A DNA stretch of 64,000 bases from Raillietiella orientalis. Lineage: Eukaryota. Within the stretch, counting starts at the first letter, position 1, and each line of letters opens with the position of its first letter. The DNA lies in assembly GCA_036172245.1 (NCBI GenBank), contig JAYWIR010000025.1:1736001-1800000 (forward strand). The letters are read 5' to 3'. This document shows, piece after piece, positions 13,001-25,200 of the stretch. The notes under the pieces were generated by a model. It was not told the DNA's origin. It ran no database searches and saw nothing but the letters and a program-made list of their open reading frames with translations. The position numbers were made by a program, and so were the translations under genes.

Positions 13001-15299
13001 CCTGGTTTTCAAAAACCAGGACCCCGACACGGAATGGTCACGAGCAAGAACCGGTGCACGCCAGAGGTTTCTCATGGCCTCTCTCCTTCAGGAACAAAGG
13101 GGGACGAGGGTGTTTGCTGGTGACGTGACGACGCTCCATGAGGAAATCTGAGCACCACCAGATGGAGAGTTCGGCCTCCTTAGTCCGATCTTCCTTCCCG
13201 TCCCCTCCTCTTTCTACTCGTTGCCTCGACCGTCGCTCTTCCCGACACTTCAGCCGTCTATTTCCGACGCTCTTTTGTTGTCTGGGAGGCTTCCAGGGCT
13301 GCTAAAATTGCGCGAAGGTTGCCGGAACGCCTCTCCGTTTCCCTCCTCCTTTCACCGGTTGCTCCAGGCTTCAGGATGCCTCCACCCTCCTGTCTGCCCA
13401 CGGGGCACAATGAGTTATTTCGATTCCTCGCCTCGGTCTTCCTTTCGTGTGCTCCTGACTGCAAGTCCAAAGGGTAAGATCAAGTCCTCGCTCGGAGACG
13501 GTTCCTTCTCCAGTGGCAAAAGAGTTCTGGCGCAACCGCGCTGTTTAATGCATCCCGAGGGTCGCTGGGGGTCTCCGAAATGAAAGTGAAAGCGACCCCT
13601 TCTGGTTTCAGTGGCGGCCCGCGCGCACCGGCATGCGGACGGGTTTATCGATCTTCCTTTGCATGCATCCACCGTCTCCGAAACGTCGCCTCCTTTTGCT
13701 TTGTTCTCCTCACTGTGTTTTTCAGCCACCAGCCGAGAAACGGTGCCATGGCCACGGGGCGATGCTGGAGGAGCAGCAGCTTCACAACGCTTTCCCTCCC
13801 CAGGGTCTTGCCGCCGTGATCCGATATCCACAGGTCTTCTTCCTTTGTTTTTTTTCTTTCCTTCTTTTTAGCAGTTTGGTAGACCTCGGCTCTTGATCGT
13901 CCGCTCCTCGCCATCCGATTCCCACGCTTCCGTCTTTCCCAATGACGCCGCCTACCAGCCATTGCAGCAGACCTTGCTGCTGCGCGCACTTGGCTCGAGG
14001 AGGAGTGGAGCGACCCACGAAGACTCTTAGAGAGTCTTGGGAAGTCCGCCGTGTCTCAGCGATCAGCCCATCGCGAAAGAAGCGTTTCTCCCTCGAAGCT
14101 TCCGCGTTGAGTCTTCCTGCTTGTCACTCCCTGCGTACCTTTCAAGGAAAGGCCCTCGTGCGCCACCAGGGAGAGGTGGAACGGCAAGTACGGACTTCCG
14201 GATGGAGGGGCAAAATGGTTGCCCCGCTACCGGCGTCCCTCCCCCATCACAGTCTCCTTTCTCGGGGTTCCGGCGCGTCCCGACCCCTCCCCTCAGAAAA
14301 ACTCGTGAAAACCGGAGACGGGAGATCTCACTCTCGGGGCTGATCCAACCCTTGGGAGGCACTCGACAGGCAGGAAATCGCCTCTGATATTTCCCGAGGA
14401 GGGAGGCGAAAAGAGGTCAGCTATCTGTACTGATCTGCATCCGATCGCACGGGATTGCCTCCCGGTGAGGTCCACTTCCCGCGCGAAACCACGCTGCGTC
14501 CTGATGACCGGGAACTGGCCCCTACCGTCTTTCGGGGAGAGAGGGAATCTTCTGCACGCAAGATGGGGACCTCTGCCGCTTTGCTTTTGCCCCTGCCTGG
14601 GCCAGCCCCCATTTCAGGGCCGCGCCTCGCGTCCTACTGAGCCGTCTATCCAGATTTCCGCTCTATTAAGGACTCCCATCCAGCACGGATGTGACGAGCG
14701 CAGATACGATTGCGAGATCGCAGATTGCAGACGCGAGATTCGAGGATTTCGGAAATGGGAGGGGAAGGGGAAGGAGAAAAGGGAACGGCTCGCTTCTGTT
14801 GCGTGGAGATTTTGCTTTTGTAAACAACGCGGTCCTTGTGTCTGTTCCCGCCCTGGAGCAGCAGCTGGCGCCGGCCTTCTTCCTTGAGAAGTTCCCTCTG
14901 AGCGACGGTTCTCTGACGAGCGACCGCCCGCTGAGGGAATGAAAACGCCGAGGTCATAGGGAGAGAAACGAGGAGAGCGGGATTTTCCAAGAGGCCAGAA
15001 GAACCAGGGAGGAGCTGTTGAAAGCAAACGCAAGGATCAAAGCTCCAGAAAAAAAGAAAAAGAAATGCTTTCTTGTTGCAGCTTCCCGTTCTCTTGCTAC
15101 CTCTTCCTGCATTTTATCAGGACTCGTTTCCCGAGGTGCATGCTGATGGGAGTAACGGGGCTGCAAACAAACCAAGAAAGAACGTAGAGTCCCTCCTCCG
15201 TCGAATGGCCATTGTCTAGAGTTCGTGTTCAAGGAGGAAGCCGCGCCTCCGTATCCCGAGACGGATGCTTCCGGCGTTGATGACTCGAGAACACTGCAT

Positions 15300-16700
15300 G
15301 CTAGCATCCGTTCCCTTCCTACGTGGTGCGGAAGGGTCCCGGATTTTTCTGCACCCTCCCACTACCCGAGATCCTACAGCGAGTCCTCAACAATGGCGCC
15401 GACACTCCGTAGGAGGAGAGGAGGAGAGCCAATCCTCGATGCTTGCTCTCCTTGAACTGCCTGGAACCCCACTGTTTCCATGGAGTTTCGGAAGAGGGCA
15501 AGCGACGTTCCGTAGACCCCGGCGAACCAAATACCATCTTCACGGAGCGCCAGCTCGGCTACAACGAAAGGATCCACTGAGAGACAGACAGCGCTGGATA
15601 TCCCATCCTGCCCATCCTGTCGGAGAGGCTCCGGGAATTGAGCGTGGAATTGAGAGAACCGGTTACTCACTGGTCTTGTTTCCTCTGCTCTCGGAGATGG
15701 AAGAATCCATCTGGAGGGAACGTCTGTTTGACAGACTGAAGAAGAAGGATAATGGTAGAGGGTGGAAGCAGCCGTTCAGTGCTGGCAAGAAGACAAACAA
15801 GGGGATATTGGAGTCCCTTAGAGTCATGAAAGGATTTCTCTGACAGTCCTGTCAGATTCCCGACAGATTCCTGACTGCAGCTGGAGCAAATGAGAGCGGT
15901 TTGGCAAAAAAAAGATCTTTCGGCAAAGGAATCATCTGCTGGGTTTCACGACTGGGAACTGCTAATGGATGATCCTATTGAACCGCAGATGAAAGAGCTT
16001 TTTCAGGTGTGGACGTGCTCGCGGGAAATCCACCTTGAAACGCGTGCACTTCAGAGGTCCACTTCCGTGAAAATCGGATTCCAGGATGCTCTGAGAGCTC
16101 CTAGGATGAGATGCTTGAGTCCTTTGATGCCCGAGTGAGCTTGCTCTTAAAAAGACCACTCTTGGGGCGAGGGCAAGTCCTCAAGTACAGACGGCTTTTC
16201 GAGTCTGCACGGGAAAGACTTTGCACCACGACGTTTACAGAAGGAGCTGTGCTCGCCAAGATACCACCGGCTGTGCGTCGCCGATATTAGTCTTTAGCAT
16301 CCTTGAACTGATTTTCCACCTCTAGGTGATTCCTGCCCTGCACATCTGGACCCCGGTAGGTTCAGTAGCTCGAGATTAAACTTTTTCTGCTGAGGAAGAA
16401 GGTCTCTTCCACGTCTTCTGAACGGGGGGAGAACTGACGGGCCGACGCTACTCTTGGAAACGACCCTTAACCTCCTTCATGGTGTTCCATTGGGTTCTTT
16501 CCGCCGAGGAAGACGCATGGACATTCAAAAAGGAACTTGAAGCGCTGCCCTCCATCAGCTGCAGTCTCGAGCGACCGGGAACTCGAGGTTGCGTGACCTC
16601 ATCCAGGAGGAAGCGAGGAAACCTGCAGAAGGAAGGTTTTTTGTTCCCGAGAGACGGGCTTCCTTCTGCATCCAAGGCTCTCTCAGTTTCCCAGCGTCCT
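15300..16700 (-). mobile_element. Degenerate non-LTR retrotransposon RT relic
   Basis: GPD (PGPDG-like, ~16350) and HLKKLFH (D..KAFD-like, ~16000) in RT order on the minus strand; many stops. Confidence 0.35.
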
Positions 16701-17699
16701 AAGTTGTGCCTCATGGGGTTGCCTCCCTGTCGAACGATCTCGAAGGCGCGTTACAGACAGTCTGCCTCTTCTTCGGAACTCGCAGCTGACACTATCTCTC
16801 AAGGCGAGGCCTGGTGGGGCCCCAAGACAACGAGGAACCGCGGATGCAGCACCACACGTGAGAGCAAAGTGGACGCCCCGTGTATGGCTGCAGCGTGGTT
16901 GCAGGGTGATCGCAAGAGTTCCCAGGCTGGCACGCTGCGTTGATCTTCGCCGGGCAAAATATAGCAAGAGGAAGGGGGCAGAAAGAACCGAAACCCTGGT
17001 GCCCTCGTTCTTTGCCCCCGCACAACAGGAACCCGCGTCCCTTCAAAGTGGTTCCTTACACTCCATGGGACTGTTTTTCGCGCCCCTTTGCTCCGCCAGC
17101 AGAGTGTGTGTGTGTGTTTGTACGGGAGGGGGGTGGGGGCTGGAGTAGGTCCCTCTTCCTGAAGAAGCTAAACGCGGCTCTTTTTTTCCGTGGGGAGCCG
17201 CAGCGCTCCGTCCGAGGGGCAGACGGAGGTGACGACCATACGTTGTGTCAGAGGAGCCATCGTATCCGAGAAGCGAGCAGCCGAAGAAGGGACTGGTGAA
17301 GAGGAGGCCATCGACGGCATCCCTTCTGCGGCATCCCATCCCTGAGCGAGTAGCTTCTGGTCGTTGCCATCCACCCTTTCTGGGACCTCAGCCGCGTGGA
17401 GCGCCTAGCCTGCGTACTTCCCAGGGGGCTTGATCAAACAAGGGCATTTCGGGGGTCGAGAGGGTCTGAAGGTGAGTCGACCTCCTTTTCCCTCCAGAGG
17501 AGGAAGAGATGAAGGGAAGAGACCGGGGGAACCCCTCCTCTCGGTGGCGACTTCCCTTTGTCCCCTTCCGCCTCGGACAGCTAGCCGCTCGTGTACCCCC
17601 GACGTTCGAGGGTGGCGAAGAGGCCCCAGACTTTCCTGCACCTCCACCTTTCCTGCCTGGTGAGTGGGAGGCCTTCGGGAGGATCGCTTAGTTCCTGTG

Positions 17700-19084
17700 C
17701 TGCGTCGAACGGTCCAAGAGCGAGTGGCACAAAGGTGGAAGCGGAAAGGGGGCAGCGCTCAAAGGGACGAAGGGGAGGGAGGGGGAGAGAGAGGAGGAGG
17801 AGAGGGGAGCAAGACGCCGCTTGGCCGTGCCGCACCTCCTTCCCCCTTTTCCTCCCGGAAGGAGGGCGCATTTCTGGCGGAGTTCCCGCAGCGAGGGGGG
17901 AGGAGGAGGGAGGCGATCCGCGACGGCGGCGGCGGCTCTGACGTTTCTCCGCCTTCCCCCTCGGGGCAGGTGGAGAGAGATTTGCGCGCGCGACCGCGGA
18001 ATGTCTGACCGACCGATCCCTCCGCAGTCGTCTCAGGTGAGCGGAAACGGCTCGGAGTGCGTGCGTGTGTGTGCGTGCGGGAGGGCCGTCCGAACGCTGA
18101 GCTCCCCTCACAACGCCCGTGGACTCTTCGTGCTCCTCGGCCCCAGGCACCGAGCTCCCATCCCCTCGGCTCCCGCCGTTCCCCAGGAAGACCCCGCCTC
18201 TTCCCTCCCCCGAGCGGAAGGTCCAGCTTTTCACCGTCGGAGTCCTGCGGTCGCGAGAGCATCCGTGGCTCCTTCGAGAAGCCTCCCGGACCCCTTTTCC
18301 CCCTCCTCCGCTCTTTTTGGCTGCACAGGTGAGCAGGGAATTTTTTGTCGTTGTTTTCTTCCGTCTTCTCCTCCCGGAGGCGGAACTCACGCCTTTTCTT
18401 CCTCGCCCATCTGCCCCCTTGAGCCTTTTCTGCTCTGGCGCGACTGCAGAGCCCTTCAAGGAGCGGTGGAGGCGCTTGAGAACCGGAGGCGCGTTCCTTC
18501 CCCCATGGCCCGCCGGGGCAGCTCCCGACTCGGTGCTTTCCGCCACGTACCCGGCGTCTCCCGGAGCCACCACCCTTTCTTCCTTGCACTGCCCCGCAGG
18601 AAGCGCGCTGGCGCCCCTTCATCCTTGCATCCACTTTTGCTCCACCCTTTCCCGGGAGAGGGAGGCAGCGGCAGAGACGGCGGCACTGATGCCCTCAATT
18701 ACGCGGCCGCTCGAGGACGGCGGCCGTTCGTTCGGCGGAGGCAGCCAAAAGAAAAAAAAAAAGTCCCGAGGGCAAACGGCCGGGAGACCGCCGGCTCCGC
18801 CTTCTCTCGCGCTCTCTCTTCCTCCCTCCCTCCCTTCCGCGTGGGCGGTGTCACCGCGCGCGTCACCGCTTCAGGACCAGACTCCCCATCTTCCTCCTCC
18901 CTTTCCTCTCCGGGAGTCTGCTGCTGAAGAGCGTCCCCGTCCTTCCCGAAGTGCCTTGCTCGTTCCGGGGGAGCCGACCTTCTCTACCTTTCCGTTCCCG
19001 CTCCCCCATCCCTTAACTCTAGCCCTCCACGGCTTCTCCCGAGTCCAGGCTGTTTCACCTCCGCGTGCGCACTCTGCTTTCCAG
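17700..19084 (+). promoter_or_regulatory. Putative GC/CpG-rich promoter and 5'UTR region of uif
   Basis: CpG-dense and GA-rich, with consensus donors CAG|GTGAGC at 18036/7 and 18328/9 upstream of the acceptor ending 19084. Confidence 0.4.
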
Positions 19085-19102
19085 TGTGGAGGATCTCCGC
19101 GG

Positions 19103-19213
19103 ATGGCGTACGGCGGCAGGCAACCACAGCAACTACGGCCACCACGGCATGCAGTCGTTTTCGCGGCCGCGCTCCTCCTCCTGACCGTTTCGGAGCGGTA
19201 CGCTACCGTGCAG
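19103..19213 (+). CDS. uif: uif coding exon 1, signal peptide (MAYGGRQ...[21 protein letters not shown])
   Basis: ATG at 19103, hydrophobic core, strong donor CAG|GTGAGA, upstream acceptor ctttccag ending 19084; phase 0 fits exon 2. Confidence 0.7.
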
Positions 19214-22200
19214 GTGAGACTCCCTTTCATCCCCTTCGCTCTCCCCCCCTTCCGCCCCTTTCCCACCCGCTTCAGAGGAGCACCAACGGAGCGAGGAGAA
19301 TAGAGGCGAGCCGGCAGGGTGATCCTGTAGGGGGCGTCGACGGCCACCGAGGAATGTCGCAGTGGCCCCTCCCCCACGTGCGCGCGAACGGAATGCGCCT
19401 CCGGGAGAAAAGGGGAGAGGAGGAAGAAGCCAGCGAACTGGACAACGGCGCCGCCGATGGGACGGAGGGGTGGTCACGTGACCGGCACGTCGTCGTCTCC
19501 GCCGACGCCTGGCCGTCGCGGCGGAGAGGTCAAGACGTCGTTGCTCGGAATGCCTCCTCCCCACTCCTCCGCAAGCGAAAGGAAAAAAATCCTTTTCCTC
19601 CCAGCCCACCCCCCACACACCACATCTCCCACGCTTTTTCTCGCTACAGTCTGTTCTTTCTTTTCAGGGAGAGAGCCTTTACCAGTGTCCCGAAGGTGAG
19701 TAGGGAGAAGGGGAGAGATCGGGCCGCTTTCGGGAGACAAAGCGCCTTCGGGGTAGGAAAGGGAAGGCAAGCGTGAGGAACAAGGGGAGCGCTCGCGCGT
19801 GTGCTCCCACCGGAAGGAGCGAGGAGGAGGAGGAGGAGGACCGAGTTTTACGCACGCTCCAGGTCAATCGCAGGCGGCTGCGAAGGCGGCGATGGTCAGG
19901 CAGGCATGATGCCGCCGGAGGGGGCGCACTCGCGCGAGCTGCCACCTTCCACCTTTCCCAGACTGTAAGGCAGCGCCTCTCGCGGCCCATCAGGAAAGCG
20001 AGGGGGCGAACGGAGGCCAAAAAAAGCAACAAAAGGGAAGAGAAAATGATAAAGATGGCGACGAAGGCACGGCTCACGTGGCCGGCAGCGGGCCTGAGGG
20101 GCGCGCGACCTCTCGCGCCGCCAACCGTCCGCATTCCTCACGCGGCTTCGCCGTAGGTCGCGAGAAGCCCTCAGGGCACGGTGGCTACTCCTCCCGCTGC
20201 GCTCCGCTTGGCAACTCTCTCTCTCTCGCCTGGGACGCGGCGCCGATGCTCGCGCAACGGTCGAACGCGCTGCCGGCAGTCTCTGGAGCCATCGCCGATG
20301 TCACGCTCGCTCATGACCGCAGTACCCCACCACCCATCCTCCTCTTCCCCCGTCGTCTATCCATCGCCTTTAGGGTGGCGGAAGGAGGGGAGAAGAGGTA
20401 CCAGCACCGCCTCGTCTCTCCTGCCGGCCATCCCTTGCTGGGGACATCGCAGCGTGGTCTCGTCCGCCGTCCTCGCCATTTGCTCAGCATCCCCAGCTGC
20501 CCTTCCCGAAGGGCCGGATAGTCCCGCTATGGGGGAAGGAATCAACTGGCAAACCTTCCGCTCCTGTAATGGTGCTCTGCGCGATCGACTTGTCCTTGCC
20601 TCGTCTCCCCGGCGACGGTTTCCGCGATCCGCGCGCAGGTGCCCAGGGCCCCATTCGCTCACGTCGAAGGCACTCGAAGAAAAAACAAACGTGAGGCCGC
20701 GTAGCAGAACTACCGTAGGAGGACGAACCCTTGCCATTTGCTTCTGTTTCCGCTGCCCGCCAGCAGCTTTGGTAAGACCCTACGAAGATGCGGAGGCATT
20801 CCTCTCTCTTCGCAATCTCATAGGTCTTTTTTTTTTGGAGAGGGGAGGGAGAATCAAGAAGCTGCTATCCTGTCTCTTTTTTCTGGAATCAGTGCTACTC
20901 CGTTCGGCACCCCTCAGCATCCTTCTCGCAAGACTTCCTCTTCTTCATGGGACACCATTCTCTTCCTTATTCCTTTGTGCCCTACACAGCTCTTGCGCCG
21001 CCTGCTGACATCTTCCTGGAGCGGGTATTCTCTCACGCAGTTGGATTCGCGAAAGGGGAGAGAGCTGGACGGTCCGTGAAAGCTCCAGAGGGCATGCTCG
21101 CGGTGTACCGGAGTCCGGCAGCTTCGGATTGCATCCATGGAGACGAAGTCGGGAACCACGACGCTTCGGTCTCTTCCTTGCAGCAATGCATCAGCGGGTT
21201 AGAGGGTGGGACTCTGACCCTTACCCAGAGTCCATTCCAGGAGTCTTCTCCGAAACTCTGCCCGGTGAATTCGCGTGCGCCGTCTCCTTCTCGGACCATG
21301 GTAACGTCTTGCCTCACTTTCTCTGCATCGATTCTGCGGAAAAGCATCAACCCGCTCGTTCCTTCTTCGTCCCCCATCTTCCAGCCCGCTTAAGCTCTCT
21401 ATGAGCCGAATCAGCACAGCTGCACGTCGTCATGGCACCGCCTCCGATCCGGGAGGAGAACGTGATCTCCGAATCGGTGCGTGCGCGGCACCGGGATTCG
21501 TTGTGAAAGCCCAGTCTGGATCCGGCCTTTCTTTTGTCCTTTCCAGGATGGGGTTCACCGCTCCCTTTTTTCCAGTCTGTTCTTTTCGGGAACCGACCCT
21601 CCTTTCCCCTTACGGCCCTCCAGCGCCACGGCGACTGCTTCCGAGGCTGGACACACCCGGATGTCAGTCGCTCCTTGGTAGCCTTCAAGCTCTCCACGCG
21701 CTCCGGAACAAGAGCGCCCACTACGGGAAATTAAGAGTAGGGGGCGGCGGACGCCTCAAGAGCTGCTCCCAGCCCTGCAGCCCCGCGAGCGATCCTCCGC
21801 AGGTCACTTCCTAATTCGGTGGGCGGCCTGCTGTTCCCTTGTCTGCCGATGGACCCGCACGGGTCCACCACGAGCGAGTGGCTGGCCTCAGGAAGGACGC
21901 AGGACCGTTTCTCGTGGGAAACTCCTCCAAACTTCGGGCGGGTGGGGGGGACAAACGCGAGCGTCTCCCGACAAGAAGCCCACGCGCGGCCTTGCAGGAA
22001 ATTCCGGGAAAGTGCGCGCGTCGCTCAGCGCAGGCTCGCCGCCAGTCGCTGCGAGCAAAGCTCGGATGCGTTTTCTTTGGAGGACCTACTGTCGAATGAC
22101 TACCTCCGAGCGCATAGGACCACTCTGGTGTCCGTAGCTCTCTTTGGTCCGCAGCAGGACCCTCGTATCCCCAGTCCAGTTTGAAAGGAATCTGGAACCA

Positions 22201-25200
22201 CTTTGTATCCTGAAACCAGTCACCAGCCAGTCAAACTCTAATAGGAAAAAAAAGACAAAAAAAAGCTCGATGCAGGGAGTAGTACTGGGAGGAGTCAGCG
22301 ACGAGCTTTTCTCCACGAGGTAGCTGTGGAGTGCTGCTTCTGGGAACGAAATGTTCCGCGGCAGCGTAAATACGACACGCCAACCGTCTCTCGGGAGATC
22401 CTGGGAGAACAAGACGTTGGAGGAAGGTTAGTGGAGGGAAGGAAAACCAAACGACCGCCCTTGGTTCGATGGGTGCCCTTGAGAAGGCACAAACCGGGAA
22501 ACTACCTCGGACTCAAGATGGAATGTTGGAGACGAAAAAAAGGCAGACGAAGACACACATCCACTTCCACAGGGACGATGGAAGAGTCTTCACAGCAGAC
22601 GTTTGCTTCGTTACTCGGTTGAAGACAACCAGAAAAGCAAAGACTCAATTGGGTTGCCTTGAAACTGTTCGCCAAGTGCTTGAGGATTCCTCCCCTCAGA
22701 ACGCGTTCCCAGGTAACGGCAAGCTGGAAGAGAATAGGATTCTCGCACCTTTTGTAATCCGAAGAGGGAAAGGAGATCGAGGCAAACAGCATGGAACAGA
22801 CAGTCGTTGCTGAGATGCAAAATATGGAGTCAGTCTGCCGAAAGTCGAGGGATCTCGTGTTTCCAAACCAAGATCATTCACCCTGAAGAGTTCACCTTAA
22901 CTGCGAAGCCAGTGAGGCTGAACAAAAAAACAAAAAGGAGCGTTTTCGAAGAAAACAGAATGGTGGAAGAGCTGCGTGCTCAAATGTGGTAGGTCAGTGG
23001 CAAACAGGAAGGCTCCGGGGAAAGGTCAGAAGAAGAAATGAACTTGCATGCTGGGACGATTAAGCGAAGTCCATTTTCCTTACTCCTCTGCCTACCTGTT
23101 GTGTATCTTCAGGATTTGCAGTGGTGAGGATTTGAGAAAAGAGGGAGAGGCATAAAGGTCTCAGATTAGGGTGTTTGGAGCCCGAGCTTGTCTTGTCGTT
23201 TGGATGTCGACTCTTAGTGCGTTAAGAAACGTCAGTGATCGATTCATGGAACCCCCCTACTGGTTGCACGTACAAGAAAGACCATTCTCTGAACAGGAAG
23301 TTTTCTCGATTTTCACCAATGTGGTACACCTCAGATCGTCCATTGAGATTTTTTACAATGCTCTGTGGTTAGCAAATCCAGCAGTCAAGATTCCCTTACG
23401 AGAGTCCCGTATTCCTTGGTGACCTGCAGTCATACTGTTATTCGGAGCACCCCAAAAGCTCACTAGGTCGTGAGCAACTGTCGAGCTCTGCGGAGATAGC
23501 TGTTTAAAATCCCAAACGTCCTCCCCCCCCCCTCCCCAAAGCCTTATCGACCTCAGTTTTTATAAAGTTAAACCTGAAAGTGTCCGTGGAAAGCATCTTT
23601 GATTCAGAGGCAGTGGGCAGTGCCTTAGCTCTTAACGGAAAACTCTTCTGGTTTGATTGCTCTACCGTTTTCTTTTTTTGTCCAAGCAAGAGGAGGTCGG
23701 AGCTTTTCGGAACGTCTACATGATTTGTGGATGTGCCTTTACCATGGTCGGTGTACCAGAAGTAGCGCTCCACAGATATGTAATGGACATCCTTGCTTCC
23801 CACATAGAAGTCACACAACCTGCGACAGTTTCTAAAGAGCTTTTTCTACCGAATGGAATTTTCTTTTTGGTTTCAACGATGGGACTTTGCACATTTGTCG
23901 ATGTCTGCCAAGCTTCAAGACAAAGTGTTCGGTTTGCCATTTGCATGTGGTCCTTCTCTCGTAGGAGGATTGAGGCGGAGAGTCTGTTCCTCTGGACCGC
24001 GAGGTGGAATCCCCGATGGTTAAAAAGAGGAAAAAAGAAATAACCGTTGTTTGTGGGTGGGAGAGGCTTCGTACGCTCCTTTTAGGACCTCCCATTTCCG
24101 TTTCAAGAGTTACGGCAGCCACCTTGACGCGGGCAAGGGCCGGCAGGCGATTCGCGTAACGCTGCCGTCCACGCGCGTCTCCTGGGGCGACGCAGGCGGT
24201 CGGGGCAGCCAACTCTTTCTGAAAGGAAGACAAACACGAGATAATTTTAACGTTGATGAACTGAAGGATGCACCGATCGCTAGCATAGTGCCCTTAGGAG
24301 GCGGATGGAAGGAGCAAGACTAGAACCAACGCGTGCCGGCTCCCCTTGTAGAATCCTTTCCCCGAAAGCGAAAGAAGCGATAGAGAATGGGAATGAGAGG
24401 ACAGAAATAGGGAGGATACTTTCTCAAATAGGATAGTGGTTCATAAAGGTAAGTCCAACTGCCTCAGCGTACTTTACTGTCCATCTCCGGGTGTGGAATT
24501 TGCACCCGCGGTGAAGCCCCGAAATGTCGTCCGCTCCGATGTACTCCGCGTCGAGATGATGGCAAACTAATTGATTTGACGGTGTAATTAAAAGGGGAAG
24601 GAGAGGTAGAGCTGGGTGGGTCGCCTGAATGTTTCGATTGGGGAAAAGAAAGAGAATTCCTTCGGTTTTCGACGAAGGGCCGAGGAAACTTGGGACCGCC
24701 TTGGAGTCCCCAGGCAAGCACCCTGCGGGAACTTCCACGAAGTCTTGCTCGACGGGGGACCGGAAAAAATGAAAAAGACCCACAAAAGTCCAGTCGGGAA
24801 GAAAAACTTCCAATGTTCCTCAGAGGTACAGGCGGAGGATATTGGCACGCTGAATGTCTGCAAGTCCGTGATGAGACGGGGAAGATCTTGGCTCCCGTTC
24901 GATCCCTGCTCGCACCGTGCTTCGATGCATAGAGGGTGGTTCTTGGCGGCTCCAGAGATTGCGAAGCAAAAAGATTCGTTCCCTTTCTGCTCGTTGGGAC
25001 CAGATTCCCCGAGGATCGTGATCCTCCCTTCTCCTGCTCCTTTCTCCTGAGATGCTCGCTCGCTCGTTCTTTCGGAATGGTGAGGCCGGCGCAGAGCGAA
25101 CGCCACTTTTGCGTAGGTTGGATGAAAGAGAGGATCACGCGGTTGTGCCTGGAGCTGCGGCCGGGATCGGCAGGGGAAGGCGGTCAAGACCCCGTGTGCC

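Noticed and set aside
15657..15664. Perfect Grainy head site AACCGGTT upstream of uif
   Set aside because: One 8-mer in 64 kb is expected by chance, and it lies in a probable LINE relic.
17581..19303. Long overlapping ORFs of 290-394 aa
   Set aside because: Low-complexity Arg/Pro/Gly translations in several frames of GC-rich DNA; only the last 37 codons before the donor are credible as coding.
24424..24600. Coding-looking minus-strand peptide [23 protein letters not shown]
   Set aside because: No family recognised and no splice or start context to support it.
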